The notes below the pieces were generated by a model that searched no databases, had not been told where the DNA came from, and saw nothing but the letters and a program-made list of their open reading frames with translations. From Acidimicrobiales bacterium (GTDB lineage: Bacteria; Actinomycetota; Acidimicrobiia; Acidimicrobiales; WLNW01), in NCBI GenBank assembly GCA_039915945.1, contig JBDSMH010000017.1:1824-65823 (forward strand): DNA of 64,000 nucleotides, read 5' to 3'. The position numbers and the translations under genes are program-made. Of the stretch, positions 19,151-28,448 are shown one piece after another (position 1 is the stretch's first letter; each line of letters opens with the position of its first letter).

Positions 19151-19192
19151 CGGCCGTTGGTTACGCGGCTCTGAACGTCATTGCGCTCGGCA

Positions 19193-19579
19193 TCACGTTG
19201 CGGCGGCCGGTTGAAACAACTCGACGAAATTCCCCGACGGGTCGATCGCAAGAACTTGCGCGCCCCCGGGACCGCTCACGACTTCGTTGCGGAACCGAAC
19301 GCCTTCCTCGGTGAGGCGGGCGATCTCGCGGTCGAGGTCCTCGACGATGAGGTGGATGCGGTTCCATCCGCCGGGGCCCGGCCGTTCCCCATCTGTCATC
19401 GCCATACCGGCCGAGCTCTGGGGACCTGACAGTAGAAGCCGCAGGTTCCCGCGAGTGACATCCGCGAACGGCGGAAACGAGATGCCGACGGTAAAACCGA
19501 AGTGGCGGGTGTAGAAGTCGACGCACGCGGCGACGTCGTCAACCAGATACCGCACATTCACAATCTCAGAGTCAGGCAT
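19193..19579 (-). CDS. VOC (glyoxalase/bleomycin resistance/dioxygenase) family protein
   Basis: MPDSEIVNVRYLVDDVAACVDFYTRHFGF...IHLIVEDLDREIARL...AIDPSGNFVELF. ATG 19579 overlaps the upstream gene stop by 8 nt. Confidence 0.75.
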   Translation of the reverse strand: MPDSEIVNVRYLVDDVAACVDFYTRHFGFTVGISFPPFADVTRGNLRLLLSGPQSSAGMAMTDGERPGPGGWNRIHLIVEDLDREIARLTEEGVRFRNEVVSGPGGAQVLAIDPSGNFVELFQPAAAT

Positions 19580-20348
19580 GGTGTGTCCTTTCCAATGGTC
19601 GGGTCCTGAGGTCAGCAAGCAACAGCGCCACGCGGCTGTCGATCTCGTCGGCAACGTGTTGGAACGCGGGGTACGTCGCCTCGTCGTTGGCGCCAGCGGC
19701 GGCGGGGTCGCCGATACTCCAATGCGAGGCCACCGGCCATCCCGGGAACTCCGGGCAGACCTCGCGCACCTTGTCGCACAGCGTGATGACCCGGTCGAAA
19801 CGGCTCCGAGCGAAACGCGTCAGCGACTTCGTCGAGCGGTCGGAGATGTCGACCCCGCGCTCCGCCATCACCCGCACCGCGTTCGGGTGCAGCGGCTTGG
19901 GATGGCTGCCCGCGCTGCGTGCTTCGACGGTACCCGCCGATTGATGCTCGACGAGGGCTTCGGCGATCTGGGAACGAGCGCTGTTACCGGTGCACAAGAA
20001 CAGCAATCGCGATCGAGCGCGGCGCGCCTCGACGACGTTGCCTAGTGGCGCTGGCGCGAGGGAAATCCCGGGATGAATCGAGACCCCGGCTTCGCCGAGA
20101 AGGTCACGACAGCGATACAGATCGGCCCGGTAGTAGACGTCGCGACCGTCGGCCGAACTCCGGCGGGCGTCGACGATGCCAGCGCGTCGGAGCTCGCTCA
20201 AGTGGTACGAGACGAGATTCTGTGGCTTCCCGACGAGCTGTACGAGTTCGCCGACACGACGATCGCTGTGACCAAGCTCGACGATCAACTGCCAACGCAG
20301 CGGATCGCTGAGCATCCCGAGAATCTCTGGCGGCGGTGTCGCGTCCAC
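19572..20348 (-). CDS. ArsR-family HTH regulator fused to LMW-PTP-type arsenate reductase
   Basis: N-terminus LSDPLRWQLIVEL...VSYHLSELRRAGIV (ArsR wHTH). C-terminus LFLCTGNSARSQIAEAL...RSAGSHP...ITLCD (ArsC/LMW phosphatase CX5R loop). Confidence 0.85.
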   Translation of the reverse strand: MDATPPPEILGMLSDPLRWQLIVELGHSDRRVGELVQLVGKPQNLVSYHLSELRRAGIVDARRSSADGRDVYYRADLYRCRDLLGEAGVSIHPGISLAPAPLGNVVEARRARSRLLFLCTGNSARSQIAEALVEHQSAGTVEARSAGSHPKPLHPNAVRVMAERGVDISDRSTKSLTRFARSRFDRVITLCDKVREVCPEFPGWPVASHWSIGDPAAAGANDEATYPAFQHVADEIDSRVALLLADLRTRPLERTHHA

Positions 20349-20398
20349 CTAGCTATTACATCAGTTTAGTTTGATGCAATACAAATCGATGGGCCTTC

Positions 20399-20956
20399 CT
20401 ACACAACCCGGTAGCGGAGGTGTACGACGCCGTTGCCGATTCGGCGCTCGTCGAGGAGCTCGAGGTCGACGCGCGTGTCGGTCGACAGGGCCGGCTTACC
20501 GCCACCGAGAACGACGGGCCAGACGAATAGTTGGCACTCGTCGACCAGCCCGGCCTTGAACGCCTGTGCCGCGAGCGTCGGACCTCCCACGAGGAGATCA
20601 CGGCCGGCCGAGGCCTTCAGGTCGCGTACCGCTGCAACATCGAAATGACGTTCGAGCCGGGTTTTGGCGGTTGACACCGCGGCCAGGGTCGTGGAGTAGA
20701 CGACTTTGTCCGGCGCCTGCCAGACGTTCGCGAACTCGCGCGTGAGGTCCGACCGCTCGGCCAGTGCAGGCTCGGTTTCCCAGACGGCCATCGTCTCGTA
20801 CATGCGCCGCCCGTAGAGGTAGGTACCCGCGGACCGCATCACTTCGGTGATGGCCACGAACACGTCTTCGTCCGGCGGAGCCCAGTCGAGGCCGCCGCGT
20901 TCGTCCTCGGTACAGCCGTCGAGGGACATGTTCGATGCGTAGATCAATTTGGCCAT
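20399..20956 (-). CDS. dihydrofolate reductase family protein (RibD C-terminal domain)
   Basis: MAKLIYASNMSLDGC...YLYGRRMYE...LLVGGPTLAAQAFKAGLVDE...PVVLGGGKP pattern. Confidence 0.8.
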   Translation of the reverse strand: MAKLIYASNMSLDGCTEDERGGLDWAPPDEDVFVAITEVMRSAGTYLYGRRMYETMAVWETEPALAERSDLTREFANVWQAPDKVVYSTTLAAVSTAKTRLERHFDVAAVRDLKASAGRDLLVGGPTLAAQAFKAGLVDECQLFVWPVVLGGGKPALSTDTRVDLELLDERRIGNGVVHLRYRVV

Positions 20957-21188
20957 TGCCGCTCGACGTTAGTGGGCGGACCTTCCGCCACGCCGCGCTC
21001 TCACGGCCGCGTCGATCAAGCGGGCCACCAGTTCCTCGTACGGCACTCCCGCCGCCGCGAACATTCTCGGCACCTGGGTAGATGGGTTGTTGCCCCGGTC
21101 GCCATGCGACCCGGTGCGATGTCCACGAACGCGATCGCCCGAATCGACATCGTCTCGACAACATTTTCTCGCGTCGTCAGACGACAGC

Positions 21189-21990
21189 TCACGACGCGTC
21201 AGATTGGCCGCGCAAGACGTCGATGACGTCGGCAAGGTCTGCCGATGGGCCATCCTTCAGTGGCGCCATTCGGTCGTAGACCTCCGCGGCGGCCAACGCG
21301 AATCCGTTCGGAAGCCCATTGCTCGCAAACAGATCTGCGATCTCATGCATCTCGCCCACGAAGCGCCACGCCTTCGCGGCATTCGACGAAGCGCTCTGCT
21401 CTGATCGAGTCGCCAGATCGCGCTGCGACACCGACCACTCAGCAATGAGGTCCTCACTGACCCCTTCGGCTTCGGCTGCCGCGCGTACCGCGAGCAATAG
21501 GGCGGCGCTGACCTTCGTCCAACCGGCGTAACACCCCTTGAGTGCCGAGGCCGCGCCCACACCGGCGTTCATCACGTGGACTCCCAAGTCGGTGCCGCTC
21601 CAGAGTTGCGCGACCGCGTCGGCGTGTTCACCGGAGAGGTACAGCCGCGTGGTGCCCGGTGCGCATACCGGTCGACCGATGATCCCGCCGTCGACGAACG
21701 ACCGTCAGCCGGAAGCGATCGGGCGCGCCTTCGTCGGACGAGTACAACTTGTTGGCGATGATGACGCTCTGGCCGCGTTCTGTCTCTCCGAAACGAACGC
21801 GATCGGGTGCCTGCCATTGCGCGACAAAATCTGATGCGTCGGTGGGGTCACCGGCGATTCGGTCCGAGACGGCCACGGTCACACTCTCGACGCCGCAAGT
21901 CTTCGGAGCACTCCTACAGATTGCACGATTGTTCGTGAGCCCGGCCAGAGCCGATCGACTGACGTCACACCGCGCCGCAAAGCGCCGCAA
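21189..21990 (-). pseudogene. frameshifted NAD(P)-dependent oxidoreductase-like gene (6PGDH/DUF1932-like C-terminus)
   Basis: Frame A (21990 down to about 21710) and frame B (FVDGGIIGRPVCAPGTTRLYLSGEHADAVAQLWSGTDLGVHVMNAGVGAASALKGCYAGWTK...) join only through a 1-nt shift near 21700-21712. No Rossmann N-terminus seen. Confidence 0.45.
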
Positions 21991-22076
21991 GAGTCCATCA
22001 TCGGACTCCCCCGTCGTGGCAGGCTGACGTCATGTCGCGAAAGGCCGCACGCGAGCTTGCCCTCGCCGAGACCACC

Positions 22077-22244
22077 GGCAGCGTGGCGGTAGCAGGCAGC
22101 GTGGCGACTTCCGGCAGTGTCGCCGTGGCCGGCAGCGCGGCGACAACGGCGAGCGCGGCCGTAGCCGGCAGCGCCGCGACCGTCGGCAGTGTCGCCGTGG
22201 CCGGCAGCGTCGCTACCGCGGGCAGCGCTGGTGTGGCCGGCAGC
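22077..22244. repeat. tandem array, 18-nt unit GGCAGCGTSGCSRYNGCS, about 9.3 copies
   Basis: GGCAGC recurs every 18 nt from 22077 to 22244. Copy differences sit mostly at every third base. The array reads (GSVAVA)n on the plus strand or (LPATAT)n on the minus strand. Confidence 0.9.
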
Positions 22245-22433
22245 ATCCTCACCTTCTTCGGCATCGGCATAAAAGCCTGCATCGCCACCTTGGCGTGTGT
22301 GCGCTGCCGGCGGTGTGAGGCCTGCATCGCGTGGCATCGATTGCGTGGACTGCGTCGGTTGCATCGGTTGTGTCGGGCTACGGGGGGCGGTCGGTCGCCG
22401 AGGCGTGCGAGCCTGAGCGATCGTGCGCCGAAC

Positions 22434-23234
22434 TCAGACGAGTGCGCGCCAACCAAGTTGTCGAGGCACGTCGATCGTCTCGTGCTCATTCGGCATGTAG
22501 AACTTGGCCGCGCTACCGGGCGCCCGGAAACCCGAGTACTCCGGTAGATCCACCGACACGTCAGACAACGTCACGTCGACCTGGATGATCGGACGGTGCC
22601 TCTCGATTGTTTCGTGGCCGCCCCACAACACCTGCTCTTCGGCACCCTCGGCGTCGATCTTCAGATAGTCGAGACGATCCAACCCTTCCCATCGAAAGAG
22701 TTCATCGAGCGACACGGTCAACGTAGAGATTCCCGACGCGGTCTCGTCGCTGCGGACAAGACTGAACTTGTGGGGCTCTCCCCGATTCATCCAGAGCGTT
22801 CCTATCGACATGCGATCGGCCACGCAAAAATTCCGTAGTCGAACGTTGGTGAAGCCATTCGCATCGACGCTGCGACTCAGTGTCGACAACATTTCGAGAA
22901 ACGGCTCGACCGCCAGCACTACGCCGCTGTCGCCGTAGTGCTTCGCCGCCTTGATCGTGTACTTACCCGTATTTGCACCGATCTCGACGAACACACCGGT
23001 CGCACTCAAGAATCGTTCGAGATGCTCGAACTCGGGCTCCACCGCGTCGCCGTAGATGAAGACTTTGCGGGCGCCGAACCCCGCGCGATTCGCGCCATAG
23101 ACCACAGCTCCGCTCGACAATTTCGTCGTGAGCATCCGACCACGCGGCGTCAATGCAACGCGCACTTTCTTGGCGAAGATCTCGAGGTCGTGCTGGGGCA
23201 GACTGCGCGCGGTAAACCTCTTCAAGAGCACCAT
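22434..23234 (-). CDS. FkbM family methyltransferase
   Basis: VFVEIGANTGKYTIKAAKHYG...VLAVEPFLEM...FSLVRSDE...LDYLKIDAEGAEEQVL motifs. ATG 23234 has a GAGGGTGG RBS; the ORF could extend to 23294. Confidence 0.85.
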   Translation of the reverse strand: MVLLKRFTARSLPQHDLEIFAKKVRVALTPRGRMLTTKLSSGAVVYGANRAGFGARKVFIYGDAVEPEFEHLERFLSATGVFVEIGANTGKYTIKAAKHYGDSGVVLAVEPFLEMLSTLSRSVDANGFTNVRLRNFCVADRMSIGTLWMNRGEPHKFSLVRSDETASGISTLTVSLDELFRWEGLDRLDYLKIDAEGAEEQVLWGGHETIERHRPIIQVDVTLSDVSVDLPEYSGFRAPGSAAKFYMPNEHETIDVPRQLGWRALV

Positions 23235-23661
23235 TGGTCCACCCTCGATCGATACCTGTCGCGGCGACACTCTCGTTTTCTTGCCGTGTGCCAAACCATA
23301 GCGGTCCGACCTTCTTCGTCGACCGGCAACATCACCGTTGACGGTGTGCGCGAGCTACAAAAATTTGCGAGGAGACACGAAAGGCACGCGAAGAGCTTTG
23401 GGCGTTGGCCTATCCGCGGCGCAAGCCAACCCCCCGTGCGGTCGGGTCACCACACTGGCGATCAGAACGGCGCGCACGGAGTGAGGTCAGCACCCTCCCC
23501 ACACGGTCAGAAGGGCGTCAGAGACGAGCGGTTACCGGCGGATGTGAACCGCGGAGCGCCTTCTCACGTACTTCTCAACGAGCGCGAGCCCAATTCTTAC
23601 TGCGGGCATGCAATGCTCACCGCCCAACCCTGCTCAGGCCCACTAACGATTGAGAAGAGAG

Positions 23662-24429
23662 ATGCAACTTTCCCGAAAGAAGAAGTGGGTCCTCGGCGGT
23701 GGTGTCGGCGCCGTGGCGGTCGTCGCCGCGATAGTCATCGTGTACTTCGCCTTCATCAAGTCCGACGCGCCACCCCCACTGACGCTGAACAGCGTGGCGT
23801 CGACCGCACCCGTTTCCGCCGCGGACAACGCGACCGCGACGACCGCGGCCGGTGGCCTGACCACGACCTCAGCGTCCTCGGCGAACGCATCGGTGTCCAA
23901 CCTCGACGGCACGTGGAAGATCACCACCGCGTCACAGGTCGGCTATCGCGTCACCGAGGACCTCGTCGGTGGTCTCGCCAACAACGTGGCGGTCGGACGC
24001 ACCAACGCAGTCACCGGCACGGTCACTGTGGCCGGCACCAAGGTGACCGCAGTAGACGCCAGTGCCGATCTCACCAAGCTGACGAGTGACAGCAGCCGCC
24101 GTGACGGTCAAGTACAGACTCGCATCCTCAGCACGAGCCAGTTCCCGACCGCCACATTCAAATTGGCCTCGCCCATCGATTTCTCGACGGTTCCCGCGGT
24201 AGGCGCGGAGAACAAGGGCAAGGCAACCGGTGACCTCACCATCCACGGTGTCACCAAGCGCGTCACGATCGACGTGACCTACCAACTCATATCGGCTACC
24301 GAGATCCGCATGCTCGGGACGGTCCCGATCGTGTGGTCCGACTACAAGATCCCTAGCCCCACGTTCGCCGGCGTCGCCGACGTACGCGACAACGGTGCCA
24401 TGGAGTTCCTCATCGTCGCGACGCGCTGA
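23662..24429 (+). CDS. YceI family protein with N-terminal membrane anchor
   Basis: MQLSRKKKWVLGGGVGAVAVVAAIVIV anchor and an Ala/Thr linker. YceI core GTWKI...VGYRV...GTFKLASP...GDLTIHGVTKRVTIDV. Confidence 0.8.
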   Translation: MQLSRKKKWVLGGGVGAVAVVAAIVIVYFAFIKSDAPPPLTLNSVASTAPVSAADNATATTAAGGLTTTSASSANASVSNLDGTWKITTASQVGYRVTEDLVGGLANNVAVGRTNAVTGTVTVAGTKVTAVDASADLTKLTSDSSRRDGQVQTRILSTSQFPTATFKLASPIDFSTVPAVGAENKGKATGDLTIHGVTKRVTIDVTYQLISATEIRMLGTVPIVWSDYKIPSPTFAGVADVRDNGAMEFLIVATR

Positions 24430-24436
24430 GGCGCTC

Positions 24437-25333
24437 TCAACCGTCGATGCCACCGGTGGCGACGGGAAGGAACTGCGCGAGGTCCACACGAGAGGGCGCC
24501 TCGATGCCTTCGCGCCACGGTGTGTGGAGGCCACGGTGGACGGCGAACTCCTGGGCCATCACGTGCGATCCGTTGGCCGGTAGCTCCTCGACCGGCGCAT
24601 CGGCGAGGAACCGGACCACACTCGCCGGTGCCGACAGCGGCGCGAAGATCGAAGGGTCGTAGCCGAGCGCCGTCATCGCCCGATCGGCCTTCTCGGTGAG
24701 ACACGGCCCGGGGTCGACATCGAAGGCCACTATCCCTTGACGGCCATACTCCGCTCTGAGACTGCCGGCCACGCGACTGAGCGCGGCCTTGCTTGCGGTG
24801 TACGACAACCGGGGTCCGCCGCGGCCCGGCGCGGGGAGGTTGCGATAGAAGGATCGCGCCGACATGTTGACGACGCGTCCGCCCCCGTGCGCCAGCATGT
24901 TCGGCAGCACGCGCTTGATCAACGCGAGCGCTCCGAAGAAGTTGACCTGCATCTCGCGCTGGAACATCTCCATGGAGAAGTCGAGCGTGAACAGCGTCGA
25001 GCTCTGCGCCGTCGACATGATCGCGTTGTTGACCAACACGTCGATGCGGCCTCGCTCTTCGATGGCGCGGTCGGCGGCTGACTCGACCGAAGCATTGTCG
25101 AGCAGATCCATGACCGCGAACGATGCGGTTGCGCCCAACGACTCGATCTCGGCGCGCGTCTGCTCGAGACTGCCGGGCAACGGTTCGCCGTCGGAGAACG
25201 AATCGACCGATTGCCCACTCGTCAACGTGCGGCCACCGATCACCACGTGGAAGCCGGCCTTGGCCAGCTCGAGACAGATCGCCTTGCCGATGCCTCGAGT
25301 CCCGCCCGTCACGAGCGCGGTTCGCTCAGTCAT
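24437..25333 (-). CDS. SDR family oxidoreductase
   Basis: ALVTGGTRGIGKA Rossmann motif, NNAI, and YTASKAAL catalytic YxxxK. Confidence 0.9.
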   Translation of the reverse strand: MTERTALVTGGTRGIGKAICLELAKAGFHVVIGGRTLTSGQSVDSFSDGEPLPGSLEQTRAEIESLGATASFAVMDLLDNASVESAADRAIEERGRIDVLVNNAIMSTAQSSTLFTLDFSMEMFQREMQVNFFGALALIKRVLPNMLAHGGGRVVNMSARSFYRNLPAPGRGGPRLSYTASKAALSRVAGSLRAEYGRQGIVAFDVDPGPCLTEKADRAMTALGYDPSIFAPLSAPASVVRFLADAPVEELPANGSHVMAQEFAVHRGLHTPWREGIEAPSRVDLAQFLPVATGGIDG

Positions 25334-25420
25334 CTCATCCCCCCTCGGACGAGACGGTACGCTAGCGGCGGATTATCGCCGCAAATGTGTGGAGCCAACT
25401 CAGTGAGCTCGCCCGACACG

Positions 25421-26263
25421 ATGTCAACTGCCGAAGCCGCCTCCCGATGGCGCGCCTTGCAGACCCTGCACCTCGACCCTCCGGCGTTCGTCGACGACTG
25501 GGCCGTGCACTTGTTGCCCGACGACGAGCGCTACGCGTTGCGGGGCGACGTGGGCCGCGCCGAGTTCCTGTCGAACACGCGCGGCTGGGCGATGTCCGGC
25601 GTCGGTGTGGGCAGCTTGCTCTTCGCCGAAGACGTCGTCCTCGCCGCGGTCGAGTCGGGCATCGACCAATACGTCATCCTCGGCGCCGGCTTCGACACGT
25701 TCGCGCTGCGACACCCTGAGCTCGCCGGGCGACTCACGACATTCGAAGTCGATCACCCCGACGTGCAACAGCTCAAGCGGCAACGGGTGGCCGCCGCGCC
25801 CGCAGTGGCGCTGCTGCCGCACTTCGTACCGGTCGACTTCGAAGTCACGCTGCTCTCGGCCCAACTACTTTCCTCGCCCTACGACACGACGCGGCCGACC
25901 GTGGTCAGCTGGCTCAACACGCTGCCCTACCTGACGCCGGCCGCGATCGAATCGACTCTCTCCGACCTCGCCGATCTGACCGCGCCGGGCAGCATCCTCG
26001 TGTGCAACTACCCCTGCAAGGACGTGCCCATCAGCGACAAGCAAAAAGCGGTGTTGCGCAACAACATGGCCAATGTCGCCGCCCGCGGAGAGCCGTTCCA
26101 AAGCCGATTTGCGCCCGACGAGTTCGTCGCGTTGCTCGCGAAGCACGAGTTCGCGGTCACCGCACACTTGACCGACCTCGATCTCAACGAGCGCTACTAC
26201 GCCAACCGCACCGACGGCTTTCGGGCGGGCGTGCCGGCGCGGATCATCACCGCGCGCCGTTAG
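25421..26263 (+). CDS. class I SAM-dependent methyltransferase (LCMT/O-methyltransferase TIGR00027-like)
   Basis: DDWAVHLL...GIDQYVILGAGFDTFALR...FEVDHPDVQQLK...VPVDF... pattern. The upstream part of the track ORF overlaps the SDR gene, so ATG 25421 was chosen. Confidence 0.75.
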   Translation: MSTAEAASRWRALQTLHLDPPAFVDDWAVHLLPDDERYALRGDVGRAEFLSNTRGWAMSGVGVGSLLFAEDVVLAAVESGIDQYVILGAGFDTFALRHPELAGRLTTFEVDHPDVQQLKRQRVAAAPAVALLPHFVPVDFEVTLLSAQLLSSPYDTTRPTVVSWLNTLPYLTPAAIESTLSDLADLTAPGSILVCNYPCKDVPISDKQKAVLRNNMANVAARGEPFQSRFAPDEFVALLAKHEFAVTAHLTDLDLNERYYANRTDGFRAGVPARIITARR

Positions 26264-26283
26264 CCCCGCTCACGCGATCACAC

Positions 26284-26871
26284 TCACACGAGGCCGTGCA
26301 GCGCGGCGAACGGATCCCAGTGAGGATCGACGTGCCACTCGTACTCGGTGTTGTCGGCGACACTCTGCGCGACATCGCTGCCATGGAGGTGGGCGATCAA
26401 CGCCAGCGCCATGTCGATACCCGCCGCGACACCAGATGACGTCCATCGGTTGCGGTCGACGACCCAGCGCGCTTCGGGCACCCATTCGACGCGAGGGCCT
26501 TGTTCGCGCACCCACTCGAACGACCGCTTGTTGGACGTCGCGCGATAGCCGTCGAGTAGGCCGGCGGCGGCCAACAGCGCCGTGGCGCAGTAGCGGGCGA
26601 GCCAGTCGAGGAACGAACCGTCCTCGATCACCACCAGACGACCGATACCTCCGGGAACGAGCACGATGTCCACCGGGGGTGCATCGGCGTAGGCGTAGTC
26701 GGCATGGGCACTCGGGCCTTGGTTGCTCACCACCGCGCCGGCCTGTGGACCGAGCATCGAGAGCTCGAAGCGATTGGGGAGCACCCCGAACATCTCGAGT
26801 GGACCGAACACGTCGAGCAACTCGAAGCGGGCGAACAACACGGCGCCGATGCGTAAGGGGGTGGTGCTCAT
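26284..26871 (-). CDS. DJ-1/PfpI family protein
   Basis: RIGAVLFARFELLDVFGPLEMF...DIVLVPGGIG...CATALLAAAGLLDGYRATSNK...WTSSGVAAGIDMALALI. Confidence 0.8.
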   Translation of the reverse strand: MSTTPLRIGAVLFARFELLDVFGPLEMFGVLPNRFELSMLGPQAGAVVSNQGPSAHADYAYADAPPVDIVLVPGGIGRLVVIEDGSFLDWLARYCATALLAAAGLLDGYRATSNKRSFEWVREQGPRVEWVPEARWVVDRNRWTSSGVAAGIDMALALIAHLHGSDVAQSVADNTEYEWHVDPHWDPFAALHGLV

Positions 26872-26911
26872 CGCGACATTGTGCTCGTCCGGCGCTCGAC
26901 GACCAATCGAT

Positions 26912-28300
26912 TTACGGCGGGGCCACGGCCACCGGTACCGGTTGGCGGCGCGTGTTGTAGAACGCCACCGTCGGCACCGTCAGCAGGGCGATGAACAGCG
27001 CGACCCCGAAGGCCCATCCCATCGTCGACGCCGCGTAGCTGTCGGCGATGACCGCAGACATGATGGTGGTGCCCGACGCGGAGCCGATCTGACTCAACAT
27101 GTTGAGCACACCGGTGGTGATGCCGATGTCCGCGGTGTCGACGGTGTCCGCCACGAGCGCGTAGATGACGGTGCGCGCGTAGCCGTTGGCGAATCCGGTG
27201 ACGACCAAACCCACTTCGATGAGCCAGATCGACCGGTCGATGGGACCGATCACCATGAACGCGGATCCGACGATGAGCGCGGCATTGCCGAAGATCTGAA
27301 GTTTGTTGACGCTGCGCGTGTCGTGGTGGTGTCCGGCGACCCACGCGCCGGACGCGAAACCGAAGGGTCGAGTGATCAAGAAGAGCGACGTCTTGCCCAC
27401 CGAATAGCCGAACAGGCGTTGCAGCATCAACGGCGCGAGCACGAAGCTGCCGATGAACGACGCCTGCATGAACAACATCGTGGTCGCGGACGCGCTGAAC
27501 GATCGTCGCCGTAAGTAGTGCAGCGGCAGCAACGGGAACCGTGCCCGTTGCTCGGTGCGGATGAAGCTCGCCATCGCCAACGGCGTCAGCACGATGGTTG
27601 CGATGACGAAGGGATTTTCGATGCCCCACGGCCGTACGCGATTGATGGCGAACATGGCCGAGGTGACGCCGACACCGAGCGTGAATGCGCCGGCCGTGTC
27701 GAAGCGGACATCCGGGCGTCGTTGTGTCTCACTCAACAGCGGTAGCGCCATGCACCACGCGATGAACGCCGGCACCGCTTGTATGACGAACAGTGCGCGC
27801 CACCCGATCGCGTCGACCGCGGGGCCCCCGATGACGACACCGAGCACGGGAGCGAGACCGCCCGCCACGTTGAGCAAGCCGATGGCGCGCGCCCGCTCGC
27901 TCGCGGGTAGTTGTGCCGCGACAAGCGCGATGGCGGCGGTACCCGTGGCCCCACCGCCGATCTGGCTCACCGTGCGGGCGAGAATGAGCGACAACGGGTT
28001 CCACGCGAGCGCGGTCAACACGGAGAAGACGGTCGCGAACCCGAAGCCGATGACGTAGATACGTCGATGCCCGTAGAGGTCGCCCAGCTTGCCGAACAAC
28101 GGCATGCCGAGCGCGAAGCCGATGCTCGGCGCGACTTGTACCCACGAGATCGTCGCGAGGTCCGTGTGCATATCGACGCGGATCTTTTCGAGCGACGCCA
28201 CGAGTACCGTCGTCGGGAACGAGGTCGCGGCGACACCGACCATCAACGTGATGGTGATGAGCGTCAGCCGCCGTCCCTCGACCGTCCCCCCTGAAGTCAC
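26912..28300 (-). CDS. MFS transporter (DHA2/EmrB-like, 14-TM type)
   Basis: GKLGDLYGHRRIYVIGF...LARTVSQIGGGATG motifs and many TM segments. GTG 28300 proposed; the upstream 77 codons of the track ORF look non-coding. Confidence 0.85.
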   Translation of the reverse strand: MTSGGTVEGRRLTLITITLMVGVAATSFPTTVLVASLEKIRVDMHTDLATISWVQVAPSIGFALGMPLFGKLGDLYGHRRIYVIGFGFATVFSVLTALAWNPLSLILARTVSQIGGGATGTAAIALVAAQLPASERARAIGLLNVAGGLAPVLGVVIGGPAVDAIGWRALFVIQAVPAFIAWCMALPLLSETQRRPDVRFDTAGAFTLGVGVTSAMFAINRVRPWGIENPFVIATIVLTPLAMASFIRTEQRARFPLLPLHYLRRRSFSASATTMLFMQASFIGSFVLAPLMLQRLFGYSVGKTSLFLITRPFGFASGAWVAGHHHDTRSVNKLQIFGNAALIVGSAFMVIGPIDRSIWLIEVGLVVTGFANGYARTVIYALVADTVDTADIGITTGVLNMLSQIGSASGTTIMSAVIADSYAASTMGWAFGVALFIALLTVPTVAFYNTRRQPVPVAVAPP

Positions 28301-28448
28301 CGACCTCTGTCTAACAGCGAACGATCGTCGGCGGCCCCCGAGCGCGGCGCTATGTGACCGATGACAGCGCCGGTGCAGAGGGCGGCAGCGACCCACCGTG
28401 CCCGACCGCCGTGAAGGACTGTCAGTGGGTCCCCCTAGGCTGTGCGCC

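Noticed and set aside
22077-22244. Whether the short tandem arrays (18-nt at 22077-22244, 14-nt at 32047-32115, 9-nt GGCGCTGCC x3 at about 48695-48725) could be CRISPR arrays.
   Set aside because: The units are contiguous with no unique spacers, are far shorter than CRISPR repeats, and no cas genes are present.
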